Part shown: in pieces, positions 37,301-50,949 of the stretch
How positions within the stretch are numbered: the stretch's first letter is position 1
Layout of the letters: every line of letters begins with the position of its first letter
Origin: Lama guanicoe
Taxonomy: Eukaryota
Length of the DNA stretch: 63,832 bases
Assembly: GCA_013239625.1 (NCBI GenBank)
Contig: MU053557.1
Location: forward strand, 3,006,291 to 3,070,122
Reading direction: 5' to 3'
Made by a program: the position numbers and the translations under genes
Notes under the pieces: generated by a model
Seen by the model: only the letters and a program-made list of their open reading frames with translations
Databases searched by the model: none
Told to the model about the DNA's origin: nothing

Positions 37301-39324
37301 GATCTTAGTTTTTGAGTCTTTGGTTGGACTCTTTAAAAAAAAATCTGATCAATCAAGATCCCTTTTTCCCAGCTACTCACTATCAATTTAAAGGTGCCTC
37401 ATTATTGCCTATACAAAATATTGCATAGAAATTATAGAGTTTGAAAACGGTCTTAAGAAAACTTTTCCCCACTCTTGTATCTGTTGCCTTGCTTTTGCTT
37501 TATCAAGTTGTAAAGTCAAGGATCTAGAGACCAGTGATGTTCCTTGAATTTTCCATCTCTATAATGGGAAGACAAGAAGGCTTAGATTTCATTTGCTTGG
37601 TTCACTTTGTTGCCTATGGATTCAGAACTAACGCTGTCCATGAAGCTGGTCCTCAGAGAACAGAGTAGGAAAGAGAGGCCAGCCTCTTGCTTGTCACTTG
37701 CTAGGGACATGTGTCATTTTACAGTCTTCGAATAGCATGATGATGAGAAAACAGAGAGATGTCCAAATCTTCATTAATCCAGCCAACCCTGGTTCTCATG
37801 GAGTGCCTGAGGAAGCTGCCCCAAGGGATTATGGCAAATGGGAAATAAGTTACCACTTCATAAGTACCTTTAAGCGACCTGGGAAAGCCAGAGGTGGAGT
37901 TAGGCTTAAGAAGCAAGCGGGTCTTTCTGAACACTCTAGGTGTCCACTTTTTGCTGTCCAGCCTCCCAGCCCAGTGAGATGAGCCCACAGCAGCACCCTT
38001 AGAAGAGCTGGGCACAGCAGTGTGCCTGCACTTCCCGGGGGCGGGGCTCTGAGTCCATTTACACACACCGCTGTGAGGCAGAAGTAGGAAGGGAGCACCA
38101 CCTGCTCTGAGCCTGTCACTCTGCTAGGCTGAGGGACAGAAGAAGAAACAAGATGGCCCTTCCTCTGCCCTTGAGGAACTCGTGTTCTAATGGTAGAAAG
38201 CAAACAGTAAACAAGTTAACAGATATAGAAACCAGACAACTTCAGATAGTGTGAAAGTGCCACCAAGGCCATGGCTCTGAGCAATCTGATGCAGACAGAC
38301 AGGGTGACTACTGGTGGGGAGACCACTTTTGATAGGGTGTGGCCAGGATTGGCCTTTCAGAAGAGGTGACCTCTGGGGTGGAGCCTGAAAAATGTGAGGA
38401 AGCCACTCATGGAATAACACAGGCAGAGTAGTCCAAGCACAGGAAAAAGTCCAAATAGTGACAAAATCAGAAATGGCCAGTTGCCTGTATCTTCACATTC
38501 TGATGAGTATGCGTTTGTGTATTATGAAAAGGGAGCATATTTAATTGCCATGTTAACTTACTTGTTTACAAGATCATTGAATTTTGGGAAGGAAAAGTAT
38601 GACACCCTGGGCGTTTATTTATTTATTTTTTAACCAGGAAATCCTACAAAGTTGATTTGACTCCTTTCATAGCTCTGGATTGAACACAAGGCAAAATTCT
38701 GATTATTGTGAAACTTCTAACCAAGAAACAAAAAGCACTGACTAATCCAAGAACATTAATGCCTATATATCATTTTTCATCTCTCTATTTTTATATAAAT
38801 AATTAAATTGGGTCAGAATCTAGGGCACTTAAACGAACCAATTTAATTATTTTGAAAATATTGCTGAAAAGAATCCCACAATGTGATGAAACAGTGTTCA
38901 CAATTTCCTACCAAGTGTTTTCTATTCCCAATATACAGATTTGAGAGAAAATTCTTACTGTTCCCAAGTAATATTTCAAGATTTCTTTCTCATGGGGAAA
39001 AAAAAAGTTTTGGTTCACTTTGAAGGTAATTAAGGAATAAGATGTTACCAGATGTCCCTTGAGATAAACTGTTCTTGCTAGAACTCATCCTGACACTTTG
39101 TATTTCATGTTGTTCCATCTGATACTGATCTTGAAAGAATCATTTTATTAGTTACTTATGCTGACCTTTATTTAGTGAAAACCAAGTTTAAGATTCACAA
39201 GCACTGCTGATCAGAATAAGGCTTATTTACTGTTGAGTCATTTTTTACAAAGTAGATCTCAAATTATACTATTGTTCGGGGTCTAGCTTTCATATTTTAG
39301 TGCAAATCTCAGTCCTAATTACTT

Positions 39325-39900
39325 TTTTATTTTGGTATAATGTACATAATATCATTTTAACAATTTTTAAGTGTACAGTTTGGTGGCATTGAGTATATTC
39401 ACCTGTGGGGGCAACTATCACCACCATCCATCTCTAGAACTTCTAAATCTTCCCAAACGGAAATTTTGTATCCATTAAACAGTAACTCCCCAATTACCTT
39501 TTCCCCCCAGCCCCTGGCAACCACCATTCAACTTGTTGCCTCTACGAATTTGACTATGTTAGGTACCTTACATAAATGGAGCCATATAATTTTTGTCCTT
39601 TTATATCTGACTTATTTCACTTATCAAGCTTCACATATTGTAGCATATATCAAAATGTCATTCCTTTTTCAGGCTGAATAATATTCCACAGTATGCATAT
39701 ACCACATTTTATTATTTCATTCATCAGTGAACATTAGGTTGTTTCTACCTTTTGACTACCATAAATAATGCTGCTATGAACATGGATGTAATAGTATCTG
39801 TTCCCAGTCCCTATTTTCAAACTATTTCAAGTACATCCTTAGAAGTAGAGTTGCTGGATCATTTGATACTTAATTTTTTTGAGGAATCACCCACTATACT
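39325..39900 (-). mobile_element. L1MB-like 3' end
   Basis: tttttaagtgtacagtttggtggcattgagtatattcac...cccctggcaaccaccatt...aataatgctgctatgaacat...gttgctggatcat. Confidence 0.88.
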
Positions 39901-40194
39901 GTCTTCTACCTAATTATGTTTTGTGTTTTAGTAGTGGGAGACCACCTCGAATAACGGGCCTGGGCTCTGGTAGTGGAAAGACATACACATCTGTGTCACA
40001 GACTGGCAGTCTGTGTATTTCTATGAGAAAAATCAGAGGATATAGCCTGATCAACCCACCATCAAACACAAAGTCGATCTGACTAATTATAAAGTGTTCT
40101 AAAGGGATTTGAAATACCATGGGAAAAAGTCCCCAAAGCTAAATAATTACTAGTGAATTAATTTGGAAAAAAAAACAACCTTTTGTTTACAAGT

Positions 40195-40345
40195 AATTAA
40201 ACCTCTGTAAGCCTGTTTCTTCATATGTAAAATGCAAGTTAATTGGGAATAATTTGTTGGTTCATTGTAAGGATAAAATAAAATAATGCAAGTAAAGCAC
40301 TTAGCAAGGTGTCTGATATAAAGTAACCACCCAATTAATGCTACT
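40195..40345 (+). mobile_element. MIR SINE fragment
   Basis: aacctctgtaagcctgtttcttcatatgtaaaatg...gtaaagcacttagca. Confidence 0.7.
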
Positions 40346-41870
40346 TAGTATTATTTACTAGTATCAGAGTCTGAGCATGAGTTCTTTGAAGTACTTCAAC
40401 TTCTGGAAGAAACAAAATTGATTAAATGCAACTATGTAGACACCATAGTTAAAATGATCCATTCATAATTCTATCAATAGAGCTGGATTGACAGATGGAA
40501 GATTTTATGGATTCTGTGAAAACCTATACAAATACTCTGAAAAGAAGCCAAATTTTGACTTCTGAAAAACATAATCTCACCTGTTTTTTTCTTTTATCCT
40601 CCCCTGGGGTGACTGTACTTTTTAAAGCAAAATCAAGAACTCATTGGGTTGAAAATCAATAAACTTAATTTTTTCTGATGAAGCCAAAGCCCTAATGATT
40701 ATGTAAGTAATCCCATTTTATCAACAGACACAGTTGCCCCCTAGACCTAACTACCATGTGGATACTCTGAGAAATAATTAATGATACAGAAAGACACTGT
40801 AAGTTTTCTGAAAGCAAAGGAGTGAAGGTGATACTTGTTTTTAATGTTTATAATTCTTTTTCATTCTCTCTGCTTTATTTCCTCTATCTGAATGCAGTCC
40901 TTCAGGTTTCATTCTTTTTTTTTTTTTTTTTTTTGCTTTTCTTCAGGTTTCTTTCTTTTTTTTTTTTTTTTGCTTGTTTTATCAAAAAATCAACATTTTC
41001 AAAGTCCAGTCATTGAATTTTTCAGGCTGATTTAGAAAAAGAAATTCTTTAATATAGGGGAAAGTAGATTTGTTTATAATGCAGGGTCTGGGCAACAGAA
41101 GATCTTGCCATCATTCTAAGTAGTGTGTATTTCCAAGAATATACAAAGACTGCAGAGGTGATAGAGCTGGTTTAGTTAAACCAAGAGACAGCTTTCTTCG
41201 GGCGTACTGTCACTAAGAAAAGTTGGCCTTAGGGTAAAAAGCCTCTACAAAGAGTGCGTCCATGCCCTGAGTTTGCAGAGAGAGCTCAATTATTACATTG
41301 TCCTTTGGACTTGCTGAAAACTCAATGTTCTACTTTCATTTGGCAACACTTGTCTCCTAGGATATGTGATTGCTTCCAGCTTTCCTACATCTTCTTTGGT
41401 GACAGAGGCAATGGAATGGGTCCTTCAAAATGTTGGGCCAAAAACTTTGGCCACAGATTTGCAACCCAAATGAAAGAAGGAGGTGATTGAATTGATTCCA
41501 GCAATGAAGGACTTTGAGACTCTTCTTTGTTATTTTAATGTCTATCGAGCACTGTATATTGGTACCCAGCGGGTACCAATGAATTTCAGACTTTCCCCCG
41601 TCAAACCTGAGTAAAGTTGTTTTCTATTATTTACTATTTTTGTGTTAAAATGACTGGGAAAACAAAATGAAAATTTCCCTAGTGAGAATTGGCTTCTTAA
41701 AAAAGTTGTTATCTTGAATGGTTCTAACATTTAGTTAAGGTATTTGTCATAAATAACCTCAGATCCACCAGTTTCTAGCAACAAACACTTAAAACTTGTG
41801 ATGGCTTTATTTCCCCCATCCCAAGGGATTGGAAGAGTCAGGGAGAAACAAACTAGACAACCAAGAAAAA

Positions 41871-42283
41871 GACTGTCATACTAAGTGAAGTAAGCCAGAA
41901 AGAGAAAGAAAAATACCATATAATATCACTTACATGTGGAATCTAAAAAAAATGACACAAATGAACTCATTCACAAAACAGAAAGAGACTCACAGACATG
42001 GAGAACAAACTTATGGTTACCAGTGGGGAAAAGGAGGGGGTGGAAAGAAATTGGGAGTTGGGGTTTTACGATTAACAACTACTATATATAAAACAGATAA
42101 ACAACAAGGTCCTACTGTATAGCACAGGGAACTATATTCTATACCTTGTAATAGCCTATAATGAAAAAGAATATGAAAAGGAATATATACATATGTGTAT
42201 GTGTAACTGAATCACTATGCTGTATACTAGAAATTAACACAACGTTGTAAACCAACTATACTTCAATAAGAAAACGAAAAAAA
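41871..42283 (+). mobile_element. 5'-truncated lineage-specific L1 3' end
   Basis: ctaagtgaagtaagccagaaagagaaagaaaaataccata is shared with the L1 at 380-420; full 3'UTR and A-rich tail. Confidence 0.92.
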
Positions 42284-43117
42284 GTGAAGCAGAGAGTTCA
42301 ACAAATATTAAGTGAATTTGAACAGTGTGAAAAAAATAAAAGAAAAAAGACATCACAGACTAAGCTAGTGCTTCCAATTTGCATGTTTCTTGAGCAGTGA
42401 GTTATGAATATACATTTAGGAGCATCTACTCAAACAAATTCAGCAAGGTTCCATCCTGCCTTTGGAGACTCACAATGCTTATTAGCATGATAAAGCTGAA
42501 ATGTTCTACAATCTTGAAATCTCAATATTCTGATATTTTTCACTTATTTCAAAATTACATCAGTTTTGTGGAAAACCTTTTAATCCCTTGAAACACGTAA
42601 TACTCTGTGGATCTCAATTACGGAAACAAAAAGGTCATGAACACATCTGCTTTTTTTTTTGTTGGAAACATTGTTTCTCCCATGGATCCCACTGCCCCTC
42701 CCCGATTTGATGGCTGCAGATTATGACATGCAGACTCTCTACAGCTAAAGAATGATGTTGTTCTGTAAGGTCTCCCCAGCACAAGTTCCCCATGCAGCAC
42801 TGTTCATGTTTACCCAGGTGAATGAGTAAAACAGAAGGAAGCTCTGTTTAATTGTGGGATGTGTTGGAGACTTCTAGTCCAAGTAGGATTACATTTGGAG
42901 GTAATTCGTTTCTTCTTTATTTTTTTTAAATAAAGAACATTTTAGCTCAAAGAGCATCTTACGAACAAATTATGGTGAAGGAATTGCTGATTATTAAATA
43001 ACACTCCTGCTGTACTTTTTGTCCTATCCAAAGCTATTGACGTATTCGGTCATAACCCTCTAGCCTTAAGGGAGTGAGGGACTGGCAAGGACACTGCGAT
43101 CTGTTCTCTTGTAGATG

Positions 43118-43330
43118 TTTTTTTTTAAAAATATTTTTATTGAAGAATAGTCAGTTTACAATGTTGTGTCAATTTCTGGTGTACAGCACAGTGCTTCAGT
43201 CATACAGGAACATACATATATTCGTTTTCATATTCCTTTTCACCATAAGTTGGATACTGAATACAGTTCCCTGTGCTATACAGTATGAACTTGTTGTCTA
43301 TTTTATATATAGTAGTTAGTATCTGCAAAT
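43118..43330 (-). mobile_element. Short L1 3' end with TSD
   Basis: Poly-T head and reverse 3'UTR. Flanked by tgttctcttgtagatg (43102-43117) and tgttctctgtagatg (43330-43344). Confidence 0.9.
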
Positions 43331-44124
43331 GTTCTCTGTAGATGCTTAATGAAGTCAGTCTTCACCTGCTCTCTTGGTTCATCATAATGAGTCAGTTAAG
43401 GTACCTGGATTGATAAATCATTTTAGAGAATAAAATGTATTATTTTTGTATTATGTGTTACTAGCTAACCATACAGACTGGGTTTCATTAAACGGGTACA
43501 GCCGGTAATTCTTTTGAAATGTAATTATGTAGAATTTTTTCCCTCTTGGGGGCATTTAGTCAACTGAGAGGCTGGGGGTATTGATCCCCCCATCCTGCCC
43601 CACTGTTCTACTTCACGATTTGTTCTAAAGAAATAGCTAGTGTATTTCTGACTTCTGAGCAAATTCATGAATTGGGGTCCAGGCAGCAGTAAAAGAAGCT
43701 GTTGATGCCCACTGCTTGGTCTTGGCACCAATAATGAGTGTCAGTAAATCCCAGACTCCCTGGGGCACCGTGTTTCATAAAAGGGAAGTGCTGACCATGC
43801 AGGCAGATGCCATCAATTGGTCTTGGAGGCCTTCTCTGGAGAAGTTTCAAATATATCCTTAAAGGCCCTGCCAAGCTCCACATGTATTAGTGGCAACCGT
43901 TGGCTGTCACCCATTTGGGATGATAAAGGGCTAGTGAGCCAGCTAAGTAATTCTGCATCAGTGGATCACCATGTTCTAGAGTGGACCTTCAACCTTAACT
44001 AACATCATGGTGTCAGAGGTACACGTTCAGTCAGTGGCTTCTAGACACCCTCTGTGGACAGATGCAATGTTTTTCTTAGTCTATGGTAAAAAGAGGAAAA
44101 TGAGGGCAATGTCCTAAGTTTCTT

Positions 44125-44248
44125 TTTTTTTCTTTTAACATTTTTTTCTTAACATTTTTTACTGATTTATAATCATTTTACAACGTTGTGTCAAATTCCA
44201 TCTTTTAACATTTTTTTATTGAGTTAGTCATTTCACAATGTCGTGACA
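44125..44248 (-). mobile_element. Two nested ultra-short L1 3' termini
   Basis: Outer TSD taagtttctt (44115-44124, 44249-44258); inner TSD tcttttaacattttttt (44131-44147, 44201-44217). Confidence 0.85.
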
Positions 44249-44374
44249 TAAGTTTCTTATAGTGCTAACGCCAGTAAAATTTCTAATTCTAAGATCACCT
44301 TCTTTCTTGTTGTGTGTCTAGTATTTAAGGACTGTGTAAACAGAATTTTTTTTTCCACAGTGAGAACTTCAAGA

Positions 44375-44530
44375 AGTAATTTGTCTCTCTGATCCCCAGT
44401 TTTCTTATATATAAATGATGGCTAATAATAGTACCTACCTCAACTATTTTTGTAGGAATAAAAAGAAATTATCCATAACAAGTATTTAGCCTAGTGTCTG
44501 GCACATACTAATTGCTCAATGATTATTATT
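44375..44530 (+). mobile_element. MIR SINE fragment
   Basis: cagttttcttatatataaatg...aataatagtacctacctca...tagtgtctggcacata. Confidence 0.75.
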
Positions 44531-44739
44531 ACTACTGTTACCATCGCCACCACAGTGTTAATGCTCTTACTTGGCAAGTAAAAGGTTCCCAGTGTTGGTT
44601 TTCCTTTTCTCCCCTAGTTTTTGTTTGCTTTTTGTTTTTTAGGTGGATGGGATTTTCTGAACTGTAAAATCCCAAAATATAATGGTAATTTTAATAAGTC
44701 TGATGTAGATGACATTTATGTAGCTGAGATAGGAAAAAA

Positions 44740-45520
44740 AGAGGTGATCTGTTTTAATCATTTGAGGTGAAAGATGGTGGTACCTGAGCTAAGAGAGTGA
44801 ATAGAGATGGAGAACTGAGAGTTTATTCAACGTGTATTTTCAATATAAAATAATTGGGGGTTGGGACCATGTTTAAGCCTAGTCAAGAGTTCTTGTTTGG
44901 ATGCATCCAATGACTTTGCATAAAATGGTGACATCAAGTAGGAGGCTGAGACTGTGAGTCCAGAGATGAGTGGAAAAGTCTATGTTAGAGATCTAAAGAT
45001 GGTGTTTTTAATTTTATGGGGGTTGATGAGTCAGCCTTGGGAGAGTCTGTAAAAACAGAGGAGGAGACGAACTCTAATATTTAGAAGTCAGGCAGAGGAA
45101 AGCAATCAGCTAAGGAAATCAAGACAGAACAGCCAGGGAGGAGGAATGGAAAACATTCGCCCTGAAATTTAAGAGAGAAGACGATTTCAAGGAGGAGGAA
45201 GTAGTCATTTATGTTGAATGCTCCTGTACGGTTAAGTAAAGTGAGAAATTTCTGTGGGACCAGGCAATCAGAAGGATAGAGGTGAGACTGACAAAGACAG
45301 CTCAAGACGGGATGTGGAGGCAAGAGCCAGACTCTGGGGAATTAGGAGAGTAAAGGCGGGGAGGATGTAGACACAGTAAGTACACACAACTCTTTCAAAA
45401 AGTCTGGTCTAAAGAGAAGCAGAGAAATGAGCCAAGAGCTGAAGCTGAGTACGATATGAAGGGAGGAATTTTTTTTTAGAAGAGGAGATAGTAGAGCAAG
45501 TCTAAGCTGATACGAATTAA
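44740..45520 (-). mobile_element. L2 fragment
   Basis: Purine-rich reversed L2-like sequence (atttcaaggaggagg...tgttgaatgctcct...aactctttcaaaaagt). Confidence 0.6.
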
Positions 45521-47629
45521 CCAACATAAAGGGAAGAAATTATGAAATCATGTGACCAGGAACTAGCACTGGCTTTACCTACATGAGACCAGTGCAGGCA
45601 GCCTCCCCTCCCCTCCAGCCCCAAGGACTTGGAGCCTCGCCTCACACATTGCCCCCTGCCTGAGAAGGCTTCTAGATGAGTTTCCCAGCCCCTCCCTTTC
45701 ATTGACAACAGAGATCTGGGTGCTGATGTGGGGGATGGTTGGAGGTGAGCACCCCCATGACATACTCAGATGCAGCATGGTGGTGGCTCTCATTGTCCCA
45801 GGTGGCAGTTTGGTAGGTGGCCAGCAGGCACTGTCTCCTGGGATCTCATTCACCCCAACCTTCCCATCCAGATACTGAGTATGTTGTGGAGTTCAATTTG
45901 GAAGCAAGTGATGTGAAAATGTAAGGTTCTTACTAGGTGTGGCAGCAGAGATCAACAACCATAATGGACTTTATCATCAGATCAGTCTGCAGTTTAAGCA
46001 TGGCAGGACTGAGGCACAGGAAAATTAAACCACTGACCTGAAATCAGATAGCCACATGGCTAGATACTAAATCTTGATATAAACTGAGCCTCATTTAATT
46101 CAGTTACAGAAGTCCTCCCAGGATGGCCAACCAGAATGAATTCATAAAATTAAACAAACCTAGGGGAACTGCTTTTCAATGGGAATACATCAGACACTCA
46201 TCCCGTGCCTACCACTGAACCCTGCTCTCGGAGAGCTGAGTCATTTCACTTCAGTGACATTCATCTTCACGTCTGCTGTAACTCACACGTTCCCTTAGGC
46301 CTCGTTATTGCTGAAGTGTCAGGGGTTCAGGATGTAACACCTCTTCTTCTCTGGAGTTAATTTCGCAGTACAGCACTACTCTTGAGCTTTGCTTGTCTTC
46401 CTCTATTCATTCTGATTCCAAGGCCAACAATTCCAATGACCTGCATCCATGTCTTTCACGATCCGTTTCACCATCATGGTCATCTCGTCAACCTTTTTTA
46501 GATCAACTTAATTGTATGGTATCTTGTAGGATCATTTTGACTTACTTTTATAAAATATTAAAGTCATTGCCACTTTGACGACTTCATTTTCTGTCCAGGA
46601 TATAACATACCAAGGACATAGGAAAAAATGTCCTAAACTAAGGCTTGACTGAAGCATTAAAAAGAATTTCTCTTGTAGTCTGATGTTCCTAACTGGGAAT
46701 TAGAATTGGCTTGCTTGCTCTCTTCAGTGGATTTCCACTGAAAATTATGGTCCCATATTCCTATGGTGAACATTTTGTGGGGGTTTCTAATATAAAGGTA
46801 GGTGAACTATATTGCAGCTCTTTTTAGGAAATGTATATTTAAATGCAAGTTTTGTAATGGTAAAAGTAGTACACCTGAGTTATGGAAAGCTTGGAAAATA
46901 AAATCAGGAAGAAAAAATTACCCACAATGCCTCAACCCCCAGCTAACTCCTGCTAATATTTAGAGGCGTTTCTATGGGAAACCCTCATCTTCATTCTGGA
47001 ATCTCTCCTCTCTCTTACCCACTGTATTTTTCTTTGTATTTCTGGTTTTAATTGACTTAATTGCTTTGTTAATTGTGTCTTCCCCTAACTAGAAAGTAAA
47101 TTCCATGAGGACAGGAATTTTTGTCTGTTTGTTCACTTTTATATCCTTTGTGCATAAAAGGCATTTGATATATTTGAGATGATGCATTATATACTTTGCA
47201 GACTCACTTTCACTTATATCATGTTAATTTTTTCCGATTTCTTAAAAGTCTGTTGATTTCTTGAAAGTATAATTAAGTGGCTGTGCAACCAGAACATACT
47301 ACACAACCTGAACATACTGTAATTTATTTAAATACACATACAGTTCCAGACATACCTAAGTGCTAAAAATACACTGAAGTTCTCTTAGATTGCAGTTGCA
47401 TTTTTGTGATGTTTAAAAACTTTTTAATCCTGAAAAATATTTGGGTGCAAAAAAAAAAAGAGAAAATGTTCCTTATTTTGGAGCATTAAATCATCACCAT
47501 AGCAACAAAATATTCAAAGCAGTTAGGATTAATCCCATCTAAATAAACCAAAGTATGACTGTTAATTAAAAATAAAGTCACTTGAATGAGTTGTAGAGTT
47601 TTGTACCATTTGCTCAAAAGTGACTTTCT

Positions 47630-48165
47630 TTTTTTTAGTATTTTCTTTAGAAAAATATGTTATATAAAAGTCATCATTTTAAACATTTTTAAGTGTACAA
47701 TTAAGTGGCAATAAGTGCACGGACGTGTGCCACTATCACCACTATTCATTTCCAGAACTTATAAATCATCCCAAATAGTAGCACAGTAATTAAACAATAA
47801 CTCCTCAGTTCCCCCTCCCACGAGCCCCTGGTATCTGTTTTCTATTTCTTGGTGAATTTGACTCTTTCAGGCACCTCATATAAGTGTTTTCATGTAGTGT
47901 TTTTTGTTTCAAGTCTGGATTACTTCACTTAGCAGTGTCTTCAAGATTCGTCTGTGCTATGTGTCAGAACTTCATTCTTTTTTATAGATGTATACTATTC
48001 CATTGTACACATATACCACATTTTTATCCATTTATTGATGGACACAGCTTGTTTCCACCCTGGGGCTGTGGTGGATAATGCTGCGTGAACACTGGTGTAC
48101 AAGCACCTGTTTGGGTTCTTGCTGTCAGTTCTTTGGTATATAGACCTAGGAGTGGACTTGCTCAG
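47630..48165 (-). mobile_element. L1MB-like 3' end
   Basis: tttttaagtgtacaattaagtggca...atttccagaac...ccattgtacacatataccacatttt...acctaggagtgga. Confidence 0.85.
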
Positions 48166-48821
48166 AGATGACTTGTAGAGCACAACCTTTGTAGGCATTT
48201 GCCACATGGGGCTGCATTTACCCTTACATGATGGTGGAGGATAAAGCTTCTATTCCCTTCAAAGAGGAACCCTATAGTCAGCTAATAGCTCAAGTCAGGA
48301 CCACTCCTGGGTCCTTAGCCCAGACATCAGTGCTGGACATACTAGAGCTTTTGCCCTATCCTTACTGGAGTGGATGCTTAGAAGGCCAGGCTCTATCATT
48401 TTATTTTTGTTCAAAATGTGCAGACAGCAAGCAATGTCAACCATCTGCAGATTCAATTAAGGACAGAAAAAACACACAGCAAAAGTACGTCTTATTAATC
48501 TCCCTCCTCTGAATGCTGAGCTTGGTCCAGTGGAGATCCCAAGGAATCAGAGGACCCTCTCTTTGAGGATTTTAAAAACTGCTTTTTTGCCTGCCTTGAC
48601 AATCTTCTCAAACATCCTTCTTGAACAGTAGGAGGACACTTCCATCTACTCGTCAAGTTCTTGGAATATGTAGTTGGATTTAGAATTAGCCCATCTTTCT
48701 CCTGTCTTTTAACATTTCATCACATTTTTTAAAAATGCCACTCACTCAAACCATTCTTGGGTTTTGACACGTGGAAAGCACGTGTCTAGCAGGAAGTTTA
48801 GTTTTTGGCATCAGACACTCC

Positions 48822-49246
48822 AAATTAGTTTCCTAGGGCTGTGGTAACAAGTACCACAAACTGGATAGCTTAAAACAAGAGATATCTTCCCAGTTCTGGA
48901 GGTTAGGAATTTGAAGTCAAGGCATTGGCAGGGCCATGCTCCCTCTGGGTCCTCTAGGGGAGGATCTCCCTCCCCGCTTCCAGCTCCTGGTACCCCAGGC
49001 ATTCCTTGGCTTGTGGCAGCATCACTCCAATCTCTGTCTTCACGTGGTCTTCTGTGTCTGCGCAAACTTCTCTCTTGATACAAGGGCACCAGTCTTACTG
49101 GTTTAGAGGCCTAGCTTACCTTACTCAAGTAATTGCATCTTAACTAATTACAACTGCAACAGCATCATTCCCAAATAGTTACATAATGTACTAGGGCTTA
49201 TGACTTCTATGTATCTTTTGGGAGTGACACTCAATTCCTAACCAAT
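48822..49246 (-). mobile_element. MaLR LTR (MLT1C/D-like)
   Basis: ttagtttcctagggctgtggtaacaagtaccacaaactgg...cagttctggagg...ggcagggccatgctccctct...taattacaactgcaa. Confidence 0.85.
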
Positions 49247-49517
49247 ACCCTTGGTTTGATTGCCAACTCCATCCTTTAGTAGCTTTATGACATTGAGCAA
49301 GTTACCTACTCTCTTCAGGTCTCAGTGTTTTACTCTGTTTTGGGGCTAATAAGAATTATATGAAATAATTCAAGTGAAACACCTAGCACATTGCTTCATA
49401 TAGAGTGTTCAAAAGTGCTATCAGATGATCATTTGATTTGGGAAGGGGCTTATACTTAGGGTTCTCTGTTAGGATTCTGGTTTAGAGCATCTTTCACTTA
49501 GAAGACATCAAATTGTT

Positions 49518-49658
49518 TCCTCTTTTTTTGTTTTTGTTTTTGTTTTTGTGGGGGAGGGTTACTAAGTTTATTTATTTTAATGGAGGTACTGGAGATTGAA
49601 CCTAGAACCTCACGAATACTAAGCACACACTCTACCACTGAGTTTTATCTTTAACCCC
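49518..49658 (-). mobile_element. Vic-1-type tRNA-derived SINE (camelid) with TSD
   Basis: The minus strand has A-box-like CTCAGTGGTAG and B-box-like GGTTCAATC, then an A-rich tail. TSD caaattgtt at 49509-49517 and 49658-49666. Confidence 0.85.
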
Positions 49659-50949
49659 AAATTGTTAACATGGGGTCTATGAATAGAATTCTAAGGAACC
49701 TTGTTATTTATACCAAGATTAGTTTGTAGAAAAAGAGTTTTCCTTAGAAAAAGAGTTCATGTATTCAGCCAGGGAGATCATGTCGTCCCCTCAAATTTAA
49801 GAACGTGCTTATATTCATATTTAGTGACTCATGGCACCCTTGAGGTAGGTTTATAAGCAACCGTCAACACAGAAAAGTTAAAACTGAATCAGAGAGACAG
49901 GTGGATGTCAGGTGGAAGAAGAGAGCAGTGCTTCCAGGAGGGCTTCTTAGAATGGGGCACTTTTCTTGACCCTCATCACAAATCGTGAGGAAGGTATTGG
50001 CCACACTGATTTCCAGAGCAGAGAGTGAAGACTCCGGGAGATTAGAAAGCCTGCCCGGCTCACCCCATAGGAAGAGGCTGAGCTTGAGTCCTCAGCCATC
50101 TCTGTCTGCTCCAGCCCGAGGCGGCTTTGTCTGCCATGGTATTTACTCATCCTCTTCTAGTTAGACTCTTAAAGTAATCCTCAGATAGAAATAAGAAAGC
50201 TGCTACCATCCCTTATTTAGGTGAAAATACGAGTCTAAAAATGGTTTAAACAAATACTAGCCAAGATCACAGAGCAAATAAATGATAAATTGATGGCTAT
50301 CTGTGACTCCTACTGGTACATTTCCAAAAAAAAAAACCAAAAATAGATCTTGTTTATTGAACACCTACTACACTCTCAATCTACTACTGCTATACTTTTA
50401 TCTCACAGAGCTACCTGTGGGGTAAGTATCAGGTCTCTTCTATGAAAGAGAAAAAACAGAAGCAAGGCTTCCAGGGAAAGATGGTGAATGAATTGCATTC
50501 CTCTCCTTCCAGTCCCCTGGGAAGTGGCAGTGTCGCGTGTCTCTAGAAGTTGGTGGGGGGGCAGTGTTAAATAAAGAGGCTTGTTTGGACATCTGTTTAA
50601 AAGCTGGTCATGACCTGCTACAGCTCTGTCAAGGAGAGGAGGGTCCCTTAATGGGAAAGACCTGGCCCACTGAGGGCGGCGGTGCCTTGTGGAGAAGGAA
50701 GGGATGGGATAAGTGAATGCACGCTGGGTGCTCAGACCCTCCGCCTGTTTTTTCATTAAGCTCTGCTAACACTGCCAGCTGAGGCCTCACTCTCCAGACA
50801 AGACTCCAGATGGAATTTTTTCTAGAGCCTATGAACAACCCAGGAAGAAAGATCTTATTGGAGGTTTTCTAACTCAACATCCCAGCCATTGGTCGCTAGA
50901 GTGAAGCCTACTGTTGACAAAATTTGCCCTCCTGTTTCAGAGCTTCCCA

